DNA from: Diadema antillarum | Taxonomy: Eukaryota | Assembly: GCF_040938485.1 (NCBI RefSeq) | Contig: NW_027271164.1 | Span: forward strand, 2,144,064-2,208,063 | Direction of reading: 5' to 3' | DNA: 64,000 bases | Shown: positions 48,801-62,138 of the stretch, piece after piece | Position numbering within the stretch: the first letter of the stretch is position 1 | Layout: each line of letters opens with the position of its first letter | Translations under genes and position numbers: made by a program | The notes under the pieces: generated by a model | Seen by the model: the letters and a program-made list of their open reading frames with translations, nothing else | Told to the model about the DNA's origin: nothing | The model's database searches: none

Positions 48801-49841
48801 GTAGGTAATCTCCCTTAACCACTGTCTCTATATCAAAATACCATTGGCGACTAATAAATCACCTGCACTTTTCTCGACGGCTACCATAATTGTTATCTTG
48901 TCATTATCTCCGAGTGTTGTTCTCTAAAATGTTGCATTATATCAAATATTATGAACACTTATGTGTAATCAAAATACGATTTAATCCCGTGCATGTATGT
49001 TATCATAGGCGTACATGATTTCCACTTATTAAGGATAGTTATTATTATACATGTTATAATATGTCATTACCTTCTTAAAATTTGTTGTTGTACTATTAGC
49101 TTAACCCATAATATTCTGATAGGGATATCAATCACTAAATGAAGTGTTGAGACTAGAGTTTGCGTTGCCTCATCTAGACTGGTTTTTTTTTTTTTTTGTT
49201 GCAATATTTGTTTGACCTCGTAGTAGTTCCTATCCTGTTAAAGAATACTGTATTGTGTAAATGAGTATAATGATGTTGGTATTCTAAACTGTCATCTAAT
49301 ACCTAGAGCGTCTGTTTGCTGGCAGTGGCTTGGTCGAACTTGCGAGTGATAAACTGCCGTGATTTATTTCTTTGGTAGGATTCCAAATTTGACTTTCCGA
49401 GATAGCAACTATCGTAATTGGGTATGGAGATTCGACCAGGAGAGAACACTCAAGCTGTGCAAACTTGGCCCGCTGCGGCCGGTATATGAACGACTGTCGG
49501 AGGTGTGACATCTAGCGGCTGGGCGAGAGAAACGGGAAAACGTCCAAATACCGAGAACTCACGAGGCGCGCCAAATGAAAATGAGGGTGTCTGCTAGCTG
49601 GAGATCTTAGGTTCAAAACAAGGCTTTATTATCACGCCGCAATAAACCAGTACTCTGTCTTTGACACTATTGATAATTTGCACCATATTGGCATAAATTT
49701 CGCACGAAGGAAAGTGTCTAGAGAAAGCACTTTCCGGTTTCAACGTTTTATGTTACTGACCTCAATACCACACAAGTCAAAATTAAACAAGAAATCATAA
49801 TATAGAAGTACGACACAAAGACAATTTGTATCTCATTACCA

Positions 49842-49871
<30 letters not shown>

Positions 49872-49881
<10 letters not shown>

Positions 49882-50032
49882 AGTAGAAACAGTTGTATAA
49901 ACACAGCAGGATAAAATAAATACTTATTTATATAGTATACTTATCTAAACGCTTTGATAAAGGTCTTTGACCGAAACGTCAGTCCAATTTTTTGGCTCCT
50001 GCGGTGTTTATACGACTGTTTCTACTCTTCAT
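49872..50032. mobile_element. Small MITE with 25-bp TIRs (agagtagaaacagttgtataaacac … gtgtttatacgactgtttctactct), inserted within an (AT)n microsatellite.
   Basis: Inverted termini read directly. Flanked by (AT)n on the left and an atgactatat minisatellite on the right. Confidence 0.55.
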
Positions 50033-51279
50033 ATTTTGATGACTGTATATATATATATATGACTATATATGACTATATATATATATGACTATATATGACT
50101 ATATATATATATGACTATATGACTACATATATACATAGATAAAGATAAAGGTTTCCCTCTTTTGATCCTTAATAGTTCCAAAACTATATATCAAAGGACA
50201 CAAATATTGATATGAGCAATACCACCTTAATAGTCTACAATTTTTTTTTTGGATGAAATGTAAAAATGAAAGCATAATTTAGTTTCCTTATTCAAGATTT
50301 ATTTTGAAGTTAGGGTTCAGATTTTGCTTTATTTTCAACCCTCTGTACAAAACTTTAATTTTGCACAGGGGTCAATTGGTGTGTATGGGAGTGTGTGGTT
50401 TACACCCAGACAATGGTCCTGAACAATGGCCAGCCGGGTTTGAATGTTCTATTACATATTCATGAGAAATTCCATTATCACAGCTAATCTGTATTCATCC
50501 TAAAATGTAGTGTATGCAAGCACATGAAAAACATTATGTGCTTAATCTTTTCTTGTCAATGCATTTTACCCTTTACCATGAATTCAGACTAACAGTGCCC
50601 AGTGTCCTGCGTAAAGTTCAATTTTGTACCGAGAGTTCAAATTTGATGAAAACCTTAAACATAACTTTAGAATTAATCATGGATTTAATGAAACTGATTC
50701 ATGCTTTCATTATCCAAATCACCTCCAACTAAGCTGTACTCTGTTCACACTTTTCAGCTTGTACTCATATCAATGACAGTGTTATCTGATGTATAGTTTT
50801 TGCACCAAAAGTGGGAAATGTTTTTTTGTAACACCAATACCTGTACACATACATGCACGATTAACCCAAGTGTAGCATACCGTGGTATTTGAAAATCTCT
50901 CTTTAAAAAAAGGGTGAGAAAAAGATACACTGTAATACATTTGAAATTCTCTCTTTTATAATACGGAGTGAAAGACATTATACCGCGTATACAACACACA
51001 CAAAGTCGCAATCACTCTTTGGGGAAATTATGAGAAGGAAACATCTATACAATCTGAAATAGCTTGAATAAATGAACAGTGGCTTTCGTTCTCTACCCTC
51101 CTCAAAATATTATATAACCACGAAGGACTGAAGAAAGCGTTAATGCATTTTGAAGTAATGTGCGCGTTTTGGCGCCACTCTTGCGTAGAGCAGGCATATT
51201 AGATAGTGTAGAATATCAGATAATGTATGTACACAAAAGAGTCCTCGACCACCATGATTGTCGCCTGATGAACTCCCCC

Positions 51280-51560
51280 CCCCCCTTCCCTCTTCCCCGT
51301 CTTCTCGTCACTAGCTGGTGAATCACATCACTGTCTTCCCGCCTTCACTTCCTGGCCCTCATTGAAGACTGGACGCCTGACTTGGCACGAAGCTAACACG
51401 TTGGGATGATGCACCTGCCGTAGCTCACTCCTACCATTGATCGACTCGTCCGCCGATATGTAGCGATCTACGGCAGCTTGCTTCATGTCGGGCGAGGGTG
51501 CGGCCAGAGGGGACCGTGTGGGCGAAGCTAATCAGAAGGCTGTTGACGACTACGGCCAGC
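51280..51560. other. CpG-rich island (unusually dense CG for this window), function unknown. The minus strand has a 52-codon ORF MKQAAVDRYISADESINGRSELRQVHHPNVLASCQVRRPVFNEGQEVKAGRQ.
   Basis: Many CG dinucleotides (cgcc, cgga, cgtc, gcgg…) in about 280 bp, against a CpG-poor background. Confidence 0.3.
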
Positions 51561-52837
51561 GTTACTCTTATTTTTCATTATTTTTCCCCATTCCGTCAAG
51601 GGGATCTCATTTGGGTCATATTTGGTCTAGTATGATTAAGTTTCCTTTTCAGTCGTGACTGTCCTCTGCCTGTACACTCGTTCGCAGAGCTTCCTATGCG
51701 ATACTTCTAGCATCACCCTTAAAGATTTCTGATTTTCCCGTCTTCCAAATTTTCATGAGCAATGATAGATGGAAACACATGGAAAACGATGAGAAAAAAA
51801 TATTGTTGTTTCACTAAAAATGTTGACACTTATTTCTTAATCTTAATTTTTTTTTTAAAACAAAGCTATACATCTAAGGCACACATACACACACACACAT
51901 TATACGTGATGTTACAAATCTATATTTAAGCATATCATATACAGTAGTATAATACTTGTACACTAATGTATTTTCTATATAGATCTAACACGTTTAATGT
52001 ACTCTTCCAGTGGATTGATTAAAGGAATCAATTTCGCATGTTATAAAGTCATGATATTACATCGTGATTGCTAGTGATTTCTCGATTTTTAAGAGGGTAT
52101 TCTGTAAGCTTACATGTTGGATGCGCATTTAAGGAGACCGCATATGACAAACAAGATGAAGGGTAATAATTTACTTCCAAACTAATACTGGTGATATCCC
52201 TACCAAAAACATGATAACAAAACAGATCAGTATTGAAGGAAGTGAAAGATGTGTAGCGGATGCTCCTCTAGTCCCGTTCTCCTCTCGCTCCTTGTCGCTA
52301 TTATAAAGCATGTTATGAGTTCTTGGGACCCTTTTTTTCTTGGTACGTAAAACATAAGTTGTTACTATCGATATCATTACCGCAGCTGTCATTATATTAT
52401 CACTTGTTTGAGATGTGGTATTATAATTCTTCACCGCGTTTTCCTCTAACAGTATTAACTTTTATATTCTTTGACGTACAGTTTAAAAACACATCTTTAC
52501 TGTCATAATTATCTGAATCAGTACAACCGCTATTTTAAGCACACATTGTGTATACGTAGGAAGTTCAAAGTTTGAAACTGTTCTTTTTTACATCTTAAAT
52601 ATCAGGTCGATGAACTTGAACCACAGGCAACACTCTTTGACATTTTCTCTATCAATATTGTGAGAGTGAATAACAAAGGGGAAAAATGTTATAAGTGATA
52701 TTACTATCGCGATGTCGTTATAGACAATAGGAAGAGAGTTGCTCCAGAATGGAATCCGAAGTGAACTCTGCAAAAGATTTGAGTTGGCACCTTTCAAAAT
52801 CTGTTTATAAGTCGGTATATGATCATATACTATGACA

Positions 52838-52888
<51 letters not shown>

Positions 52889-54468
52889 TTAATACATACA
52901 TAAATCAAACAAAGATTACAAAATGGATGGATTGCCCATTTCAGATCCATTTTCACAATGAAGTGAATTGTGTGAACTATAATTTACCATAAAACTTGAT
53001 CAAGTCATAAGAGATAAATTTAGGGTAGTCAATCGCAATGTGCTTGAGCTGATACTTTAATTTATTGCTACACTAATTCCTGTCAAAATGTCAGTCTGTG
53101 AATGCCCCCTATTGATGCATGTAAACTGGGCGAGCAGAGAGCCATTATATGCTTAATCCATACCATGTTTCTTGATACCAGTTATTTTTTTCGAATCTGT
53201 GATGGGAAAGGCCTAGATAATGATTAAGATATTTAAACAATTAGCATGCCCCAAATCCGAAGGTAATTTCGGCACCTCATCAGAATTGAGAGGTGAATGG
53301 TAACAGTCATTTGGATTTCATGAACCAGTGATGTCACCTTTAAAAAATGTCATTCCACAAGGTGTTTTAAAAGCTCAACTTGCACCAGTACATAGATAGA
53401 TGTTGTAAAAGGGTGACAGTCAAACATGTTGTGAAGCTCCTTAGAATCAGTCTAGCCCGTATGGGATTAATTGTCTTAACCTTTGAGGAACAATTTAAAT
53501 AGCCATAAATTTCAAACTGAGATGGCAACAATCATCGTTATGTCTGGTTATATTTTTTTATGAGTTTAAATACAAGGGATATAAAGAAATCATAACTGAA
53601 TTTACCACTGAAAATGAAAAAAAAAAACTCCTTCAAGCCAGCCCACCAAGGCGGACCCTAATCCTTCAAAATGTCACGTAAGATAACTGACCTAGTTTCT
53701 TCTTATCGGGATCATGATGTTCTGTAATTTGTACTCACGACTTAAAGTTGTCAGGCTTAATCAAGACAATGAATCAGTAATTACCGGGGTTTAGAATGAG
53801 ATATATATTTGAAATAAAGAAAACGTTCTAGTGTTCCATTTTGAACATATTCATCAACATTGAGTCGTTGTGGTAACAATATACAAATTAATTGTTAGCT
53901 GAGTTTATATTCTCGGTGTTTGACACATTGAGTGATAGTTTTAGTTTTGATTTGTACACATGTGCTTCATTTTCATTTTTACGCTGACGACAATGATGAT
54001 TATGTCCTAAGAGGTTAGAGGCTTAGGGTTGGGGGTAGGGTGGAAATCCAGGAATCTTCTACATTTATGTTGACGTATTTATTTCAGTTTTTGAAATCAA
54101 TGTATGAATATATTTATAAATGAAGTCATGGGTTGGATGATTATATTGGAATAGTATAGTGTTTTTTTATGTTTTGAAGTTTGATAAGGATTATGGAGTT
54201 AAGGGATGGGGATCAGGGGTTGAGTGATACTTTTTTAATGATTGTTAAATGTTTCTTAGGGGCAACATGTGTGGGTTCACATGCCTACGGGCAATAGTAA
54301 ATGTATTTACTTTTGTATGCCCTGACCCTCATGTAGTCTCCATTCATTTCATTTTCACATTATGTAACGTGTACAGTACAGTGTATCTTTTGTAATGTTC
54401 ATTCTGGTTTTTGTTTCATGTTTGTGATGTTAATGATATGTATCCTATAGTTACCTGGTCGAATAAAC

Positions 54469-54499
<31 letters not shown>

Positions 54500-54949
54500 T
54501 CGCCATGTGAGCATTCTAAAAAACGAAAAAAAAACAAAAACAAAAACAAAAACAAAAAACCAGATGATGGTTGTGTTTCTATTGTTTCAATATTTACAAG
54601 AAGATGGTTACATTGACTTTTTATGACTTTCGGAATGGATGAAAATACTCTTTGGCGCTAGAAAAGTTTACAAAGAAGATACAACTACAGTCAGTTTTCA
54701 TAAGGTCATCCGTAAGTTTTTATCTTAGGTTTAATTCTTTGATGACTAGCAATTATTATATGACTAGTGAACCGAAAAGTTCAGGCTAAACCAGAATACA
54801 AAAGTCTTCAATTAAGTCCTAAAGTACCATCGAGAAAACAATAGATGTGTGCATTTTCCCAAATGTAAAGCCTTTTGTCTTAAGAACGCCACAAGCTTTA
54901 CTCAACCGCACAGACTTTTGTTGTAAATTATTTCTTCCTTTTTGTACAG

Positions 54950-54956
54950 TGATTGG
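54950..54956 (+). promoter_or_regulatory. Inverted CCAAT box (gattggc) about 190 bp upstream of the TATA box at 55138. A second attgg lies at 55022.
   Basis: Sequence gtgattggctgg. Confidence 0.3.
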
Positions 54957-55137
54957 CTGGTGATATTACAGATAATACAATCCCACATTTAGTCCCCTCC
55001 CACCCAGTTCACGCAGCGCGCATTGGTCCCGTTGCAACTACAAGTGAGCGAATCTTGCCACAGTCATCACTCCGTTCTGATATTTTTTTTTCACGAATAT
55101 GTTAGCATCTAAGTCAGATAGCACCAGCGGAGCCAGC

Positions 55138-55145
55138 TGCTATAT
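55138..55145 (+). promoter_or_regulatory. TATA box (ctgcTATATAAGccgag) for the decarboxylase-like gene.
   Basis: Consensus TATATAAG. A non-coding exon with a CA|GTAAGT donor (exon end about 55483) follows downstream. Confidence 0.55.
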
Positions 55146-55169
55146 AAGCCGAGCTCCACTCGACCAGCT

Positions 55170-55483
55170 CGTCTGTCTTTTGCCTAGCGAGGGTACAGAC
55201 AGGGGGTTCTAAGCAGCGGTCGAGACCACCACAGATTAGCATCAACTCGTGACGACAGGAGCGGGACAAGCGACAGGTCTTCAACACACTATAGCCGGTG
55301 GTGCTAAGAAATCCCTATTCTGTTTGTTTAGTTCTCATTGCAACACGAAACTTCGCGCTTAATTCGAATATTTTTAAGAATGCACGTAATGCGATAACAT
55401 CAAATATATTCACGCATACTGGAAGATCATCTAGACAACTGATAGAGAGCACTGACAGCTAAAAAGTAGCTAATGAGTCCTCA
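55170..55483 (+). other. Putative non-coding first exon (5' UTR) of the decarboxylase-like gene.
   Basis: It lies between the TATA box (TSS expected about 25-30 nt downstream) and a strong donor tca|gtaagtaagt at 55484. No long ORF in any frame. Confidence 0.4.
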
Positions 55484-55739
55484 GTAAGTAAGTTACGGCA
55501 TAGTTAGATCTTTATCGCGAACATTCTCCGCAACTTATTTCATCTGTACATTTCCAGCTGAAAAGGTGCATAAGGAAATGTCACCGATAGGAGTCTTTTC
55601 TTTCTAGGTCCTCTTAAAGACTCGCTCACTCAAAGAGGATATCATTCAACCTCAAGATAAGGACAGAGACAAAATTGAGAAGAAAGACAACGTTTTTGTT
55701 TTCTCATGTAACTCTCGGAGATCGACACAGCGCTCGACC

Positions 55740-55767
55740 ATGGACGCTGAGGAATATCGAAAGCGAG
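55740..55767 (+). CDS. Start of a group-II PLP-dependent amino-acid decarboxylase-like CDS (MDAEEYRKRG) within exon 2 (exon from about 55608).
   Basis: Strong Kozak context (gaccATGG). M-D/N-x-E-E-F/Y-R-x-R-G is the conserved N-terminus of DDC/HDC/TDC (for example MNASEFRRRG, MEPEEYRERG). GAG|GTGAGT donor at 55768. tttctag acceptor at 55607. Confidence 0.45.
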
Positions 55768-58700
55768 GTGAGTTGCAATTCTGAATGGTCTCTACTTATC
55801 TACTTTCAGAAACAATGAAAGCTTTAACATTTCATCTGGTCTGCGGATCGCCAGCGGCATTATCATGTTTTTATCCTACTTGCATTCTGTCAAATTGTCT
55901 GTGCATTTCTCTCAGAATATCATATCGGTGTAAATGCATTTTCGATTCCTCTCTCCTTTTTTTTTTTGCAAGGCTGTTGAATGCAATGAACAGTTGTTGT
56001 TGTTATATAATTCATCTGCATTTGAAGTTAATCATTAATCACATTTGTTTGTTACACCTACTTTCGATTTGCGACATATGTTCGCAATGGTTTGATAGTA
56101 CAACAATGCGGGTCTGTGAGATACAAAAGAACTGACGAAGTGTATAACTGATAAGAATTGATATTCTCTCTACAAGTTGGAAGGGCGTATTTTCAAGCAC
56201 TTCAAGTGAGTGTTAATTATGATGTATATTATAAACTATTCACACTTAATGAACATATTAAACATGTAACACTGAGTGAAAGCATGGCAGGAGTTATTGG
56301 TGCCCTTAAGTCTTCAATTTGAAGGAAACACTGTGCTCCACTGGATTTTTTTTCAGAATGAAATTTAGGATCTAGTGTTTCTTACGTCTGGACACGTGGC
56401 TGGAAAATGAGAGTAGATGCTCTAAGGGACAATCCAGCAAACCATAGGGCGTGAAGCCAAGGTAGCCGCTCATGCCTGATAAAACAAATGTCGTTGGGAG
56501 GCGGGTATGAAGGGTGATCAATACCAATGAAAAGACCGTCAGCCAGCCAGCCATGTTAATGCTTCATACTCATATATCGTATCCCTACCACTCGGGGATT
56601 GCGAGAGCTGTTTGACACCCTCTCTTCTTGTAGCAAACTGTGGCTGTATGTGTAGAAATAAGATGACACAATTGCAGTTGAATAACTTGGGAAGCATGGT
56701 TTACATTTACGGTTTGTGTCATGCTACGGCCTCCTTATCTTTTTTGTTCCACAGGAAACTGATCATGAGCATCTCGTACTTCGAACTCTCGAACTAAGAT
56801 ATATCACTTCGAAATGTCCTCGTTTAGGCAAATCATAGTGCCAACAAATATTGGTATGTTGTGTTTTGAGAAATTTCACACTCATGTAAGTCATGACAAA
56901 ACTTTCAATAGATCTTAAGAGATTTTAACGCACAATTATACACACCGAAGTTTTTATCACGTATTCTCTATAGCACATGAGTTATTTATTCTCCCAGAAA
57001 TATGATCATGTGACTGTCCTCATGTCGAAGTGTGATGGAATTCAAATTGTGCTCACACAAGGAAAACTATTCGATAGCTTAACCAATCCATTTCTCAAAA
57101 AGAATGGAATTGATCAATAGCCATCACCACATTTTATAAGACAAAGGCCATTATCAATAAACAGGTAATTATTCTATAGGAGATTAAGTTCCGGTATAGT
57201 ATAGATGAAGATCTAAATGGATCAAAATAGCAGGAGCACAGGATATGATTAATGCTTCGGATATGACCATGCACTTAAACGTTAAGTGGTTTAAGTGTCT
57301 GAAGGGCAACGTACAATAACCGAGAGTTATGAAGTTTATAATTGAGCACCACAACAACAACAACGAAAAAAGCAGAGCAGTGAAATTTAGAAAAAAAAAT
57401 CGGAAGGGTTGTGGTAATCTGAATATCATGAGTGAGCTAATGTAGCGTCGAACATTACATTTTAAATGAGTCATTGTAGTGAACAGCCATTTTGTTAAAT
57501 GACACCCCTAATACACTTCTTGTAAAAACAGTCTTTCTTTACCTTATTCAATTTTTATCACATTTTTATATTACATAGTAATTGCAAGCCTTGTAACTTC
57601 AATGATTTTTTTCTCTCATAGACATTGATTATCATCTACGGATCTTATCTGTGATATCATCAGATAGACAGCATTTGCAATCATGAAAAAAAACAAACAA
57701 TGTAAGCACGAATAAACCTCCTTAATGTTAAGAAGATGTGTATGGATATTTTGACTATTGAATAGAAAAATAGGAAGGGAGGAATATATAAGATTATGCA
57801 CCTGTTTCCGGTACCCCTGCTACTGCCTTCTCATAATATCAAAATATGTTCAATGACTGCTGTTCTACCATAGATCGATATGTGTGTATCATATGACATT
57901 CTTTCTTTCTTTTCTTTCTTTTCACTCCCTCTCTCTACCTCCTATATTATTTCCTAGTTTGATACATTTAAGCGAACACTAAATGACACTAGATGTTATA
58001 AATCGCACAATTTCATAATCAAATGGCGCCAAGGGCGTTGTGTATGAATGAACGATACCTGCATTCTGTGCGCGATTTATACATGTTTAATTGCCTTTGA
58101 ATGAACAATACCTAACTCATATACCAGTGTGTGTGTGTTGTATGTATGTGTGTGTGCGTGTGTGTGTGTGTATTTGTGTATTTTAATTTGAGGATGTTAC
58201 ATTGCATGCAGGCCTGAAGATTACATGCTCTATGGATACGCCAGAATATATGCTGCCAAATATGAAAATTGCCACAAATCAGCTTTAATCTGCGATCCTA
58301 AATCCATTCGGACGCGGTATGACTAATTTATGCTGAACGTCAGTCTGACGAGCTTAAATCCTTGGTTGACGGTAATCTGTGTTAGGTTATAGGTCTCTCC
58401 CCCCCCCCCCCCCCCCCGTCGCAAAACGTGTAATAAGGGATATTTATAATTGCACTTAAATCAAGTATGTATGAGTGTTTCCAAAAATGAAATCGGAAGT
58501 CACAGTGCATATCCAAACACTGATTAAGATACGAGTAGCATCATCCGTGATAGGACGTGGTATCGGCCTGAGGATATATCCATCTAATATTAAGGAACAC
58601 AGATACAGCTCACAATATTTGCGATTAAATATAAATAAGCATATTGAGAAACAAATTGTGTACGTTGTATTCTCGACACCGCGGTTTCAGTTGCTTCATG

Positions 58701-59066
58701 TTCAAATCTAACCAGTCTAAGATAGCTGACCATGATAATTCTTCAGTCGCCATAAGCTATCCCGCAAAATCGAATCCCCTCCTTGAGTGACCCTACCACC
58801 ACACCCCACCCTTCCAGGTCTTTCGCCTGCATCCATGTAAAATACATTAAAGATTTTTTTTTTTTTTGGGGGGGTCACTTCTCTAAATCTCAAGATCTAA
58901 ATCCAAAGATACCAAGGTGGACATTATTTGATATTACTTCGTGACTGCCTTCGTCATGACATTCACAACACGCTCATAAAAGTGATTAACTCCTACCAGA
59001 TACCAACACGAAGACACATAATTCATCAAGATAGATATGACATATGATTTCTATATATATGTATAA

Positions 59067-59122
<56 letters not shown>

Positions 59123-60885
59123 TTCTCATAAGAAGATCATATGAAAGAAAACTAAGGAGAATCCAGTTGGATACTATAGCTTCGAGGAAACAAAGTTACA
59201 CATCGTATACAAAGGACTACACCCCCAAAAATTTTGCCGCTGAATAAAAACGTGAACCATCAGAATGTGAAATCCATCGGTCGTAAGGGATTGTTTCAAA
59301 ACTACAGCTGTACAAAGTATTTCATCTCGTCACAAGACTATTTAAGTCGACTGTTACAATACGACTTTAAACGAAGTGATAGAACTGGCAGAGTAAAATA
59401 GATGACTGAAATGACAGAAGTAGTGGCTATACGAATCGGTTCCATGACGTTGCTCCTGCAACAATTCCCATGAAATAAGATCTGCATGCTAGGCCAAACC
59501 CACAAACATAACCCTAACTCAAATCCTCACATCAAACTAAACCTCAAACACTAACACAACTCTAACCCTAAGTGCTTGGAGAAAGCAAGACTGGAGCAAT
59601 TGTCGCAGGAGAATATGTGTCGCCGTACGAATCAATGTCATTGTTATATGCGTACCACCATCATCTCCATCAATATAAACAATTTACTCGTTGTCTTGAG
59701 CAATTTCTACTGTCCTCTGAGTTTTGGATTGATCGATGCTATAAGAGTACACAATAGATAAGGGAAAATGTATGGCTGGGAAGTTCAACGAGGTAACAAA
59801 CACTGAAAGGTCCTTCCTGCTCTGTGAGTATATAGAAGAAGACTTCCATTTGTAAGTAATCATGGTACCCGATGGAATGATTCAATGTGAGGGAAAGGTT
59901 TATGTCACCTACATGGCAGGGACTGACAAAAAAGGGCGGTGCCTTGTGGTTCAAGGGCATAAAGTTTCAAGTTGATAAGCTGCTGAGAAGAATAAAGCCT
60001 TAAGGTAAGAGTGTAAAGCGTTGAGAAAACAGAAATCAGTCAGTTTTTCATCTTTGAAAGGTTGTAACTGATTCTAACATATCATGATTTAGTCATCTTC
60101 GTCTGCTCTTACCGTTGCGACAGCTATTGCTTTCGTAATTACATCATAATAATGTCATGGAAAAACTTCCGTTGTTCACTGCATGATCCCATGTTATACG
60201 TTACGTAAAGCTCTGTGAATCAGTCACAGCATGGTGCTTTCGTTAAAGGGAGATTGTAACTGATTTTAAATAACGTGCTCTCATTTACTTCTGTTATTAC
60301 TGGTACAACCGTATAAGCCCTTTCTTGTAATATCATAGTAGGTCATGGATTTTTTTCCCCTGGGGTACTGATCCCATGTCAGATATTCGGTAAAGGAGAA
60401 TAAGAAGATGGAAGAATCTTTTATGCGCATCAGAACCATAATGTTCAAAAAGTAGCCACTTGGACAGGTCCTTACACGTGCTTACGTCACTCTTTGAAGT
60501 TATCTTGATCACTGCACTACAGCAGAGGAATCTCTTGAACAGACTCATCACACTAAGTGACTGGATGTTTGCTTGTAAAGTTGGTGGTATTTTATTTCAG
60601 TTGGCACTTGTAATATTGACTATTTGTGATGCCAGTTTCTACACGTTTTTTTTTTAATTTTTGTTCTTGTATTAGCCAGTTCATTCCAATTGAGACCTTT
60701 CAGTCAATCACTGTCAATGTACGCACACACCATACTGTTGTTTTTCGTTCGTTCGTTTGTTTGTTTGTTTGTTTTCACTTTCCATCTGACGAGAGGGCTG
60801 GGTATTCCATATTCAGCTGCATTAGCTGGTCTTCCACGGGGTCCAGTTGTTAGTACTTGGGGCAGACCACTTCACCGAATATATA

Positions 60886-60938
<53 letters not shown>

Positions 60939-62105
60939 GATATATGTATACATATATATGTATATATGTATATATGTATATATATATATACATACATATG
61001 TTTGTTATAATAATAATAATAATAACAATAATAATAGTAATTGACTGTTCTTATATAGCGTATGACACAAAGTGATAATGCCCCTATATATGCGCTCAAT
61101 GCTAAAGAACGCTATTATAGAATTTGTGGGAGACAATCGATGCTGAAATCATAATACACATTGATATACATGGTATTTCTGCAAGTATATTTGCCGTTCA
61201 ATATTCTCAAAAGCACATGGAATAGGACATAACTTTGGATATTTGAAAGATTTTGTGAAAAATATGCATGACTATAAATCTTAACCCTCAGGGAAATTTG
61301 TAATTCACAAAATTTTTTCAAGATATCCTCTAAAACCGCAGAAAAACAAGATGATACACGTTGTTTTTTAACAACAATTCATATATAGGATTTCACTTTT
61401 AATGAAAAAATCGAACACTGTGGATTAAATGGATGCAGAAAGATTAGTCTGAAGAAAATTGGATAATAATTCCGAAAATGATGATTTGTTCAGGTTTTGT
61501 CTAAAAGCAACTTCATTAAGTTTTTATGTCATAAAAGAATTCACATTCCCTTGACTTGCTAGAGAGATATAATGAAGAAAGTGTGTGCTGTTTCAATGTC
61601 CTAGAAAGACAAAATTTACTTTATTTTTTGGCATTCATTGAGTTGACGTAATTATGTTTGGAGAAACTTAGCCTTTCTCTCAAAACTCAAGTGACGCTCA
61701 AATGACCATTTTGTCACATGGCAAAAGCGGTATGGATAGGAGCTCTTTATATCATTTCTGTGTCAATATTCTTTTCATGAGGGTAAACTTTTCTGTTGTT
61801 TTTGAGATTCTCACAAACTTGAATTTATGCGATGTGATGGTTTGATCTTTTATGCAACTTACTCATCTGGTATAGGTCGACTCTGCAAAGATTTTTTGCT
61901 GTTGGTGTACTGATCCAAGCTGTTGGTATTTCTCTCTGTCAAGACAAAGAATACAATAGAAGGACTGGTCAATGAGTGTTTACAGCGGGAAAATATTACA
62001 CAAAAATCAAACATTACTCTTCTCGTCGAAAGATGGCAAGATACAAAGTGTATTCGTTTGGTTGCACCTCTCTTCAGAAACAACTGTCAACTACGTTTAC
62101 CTGAC

Positions 62106-62138
<33 letters not shown>

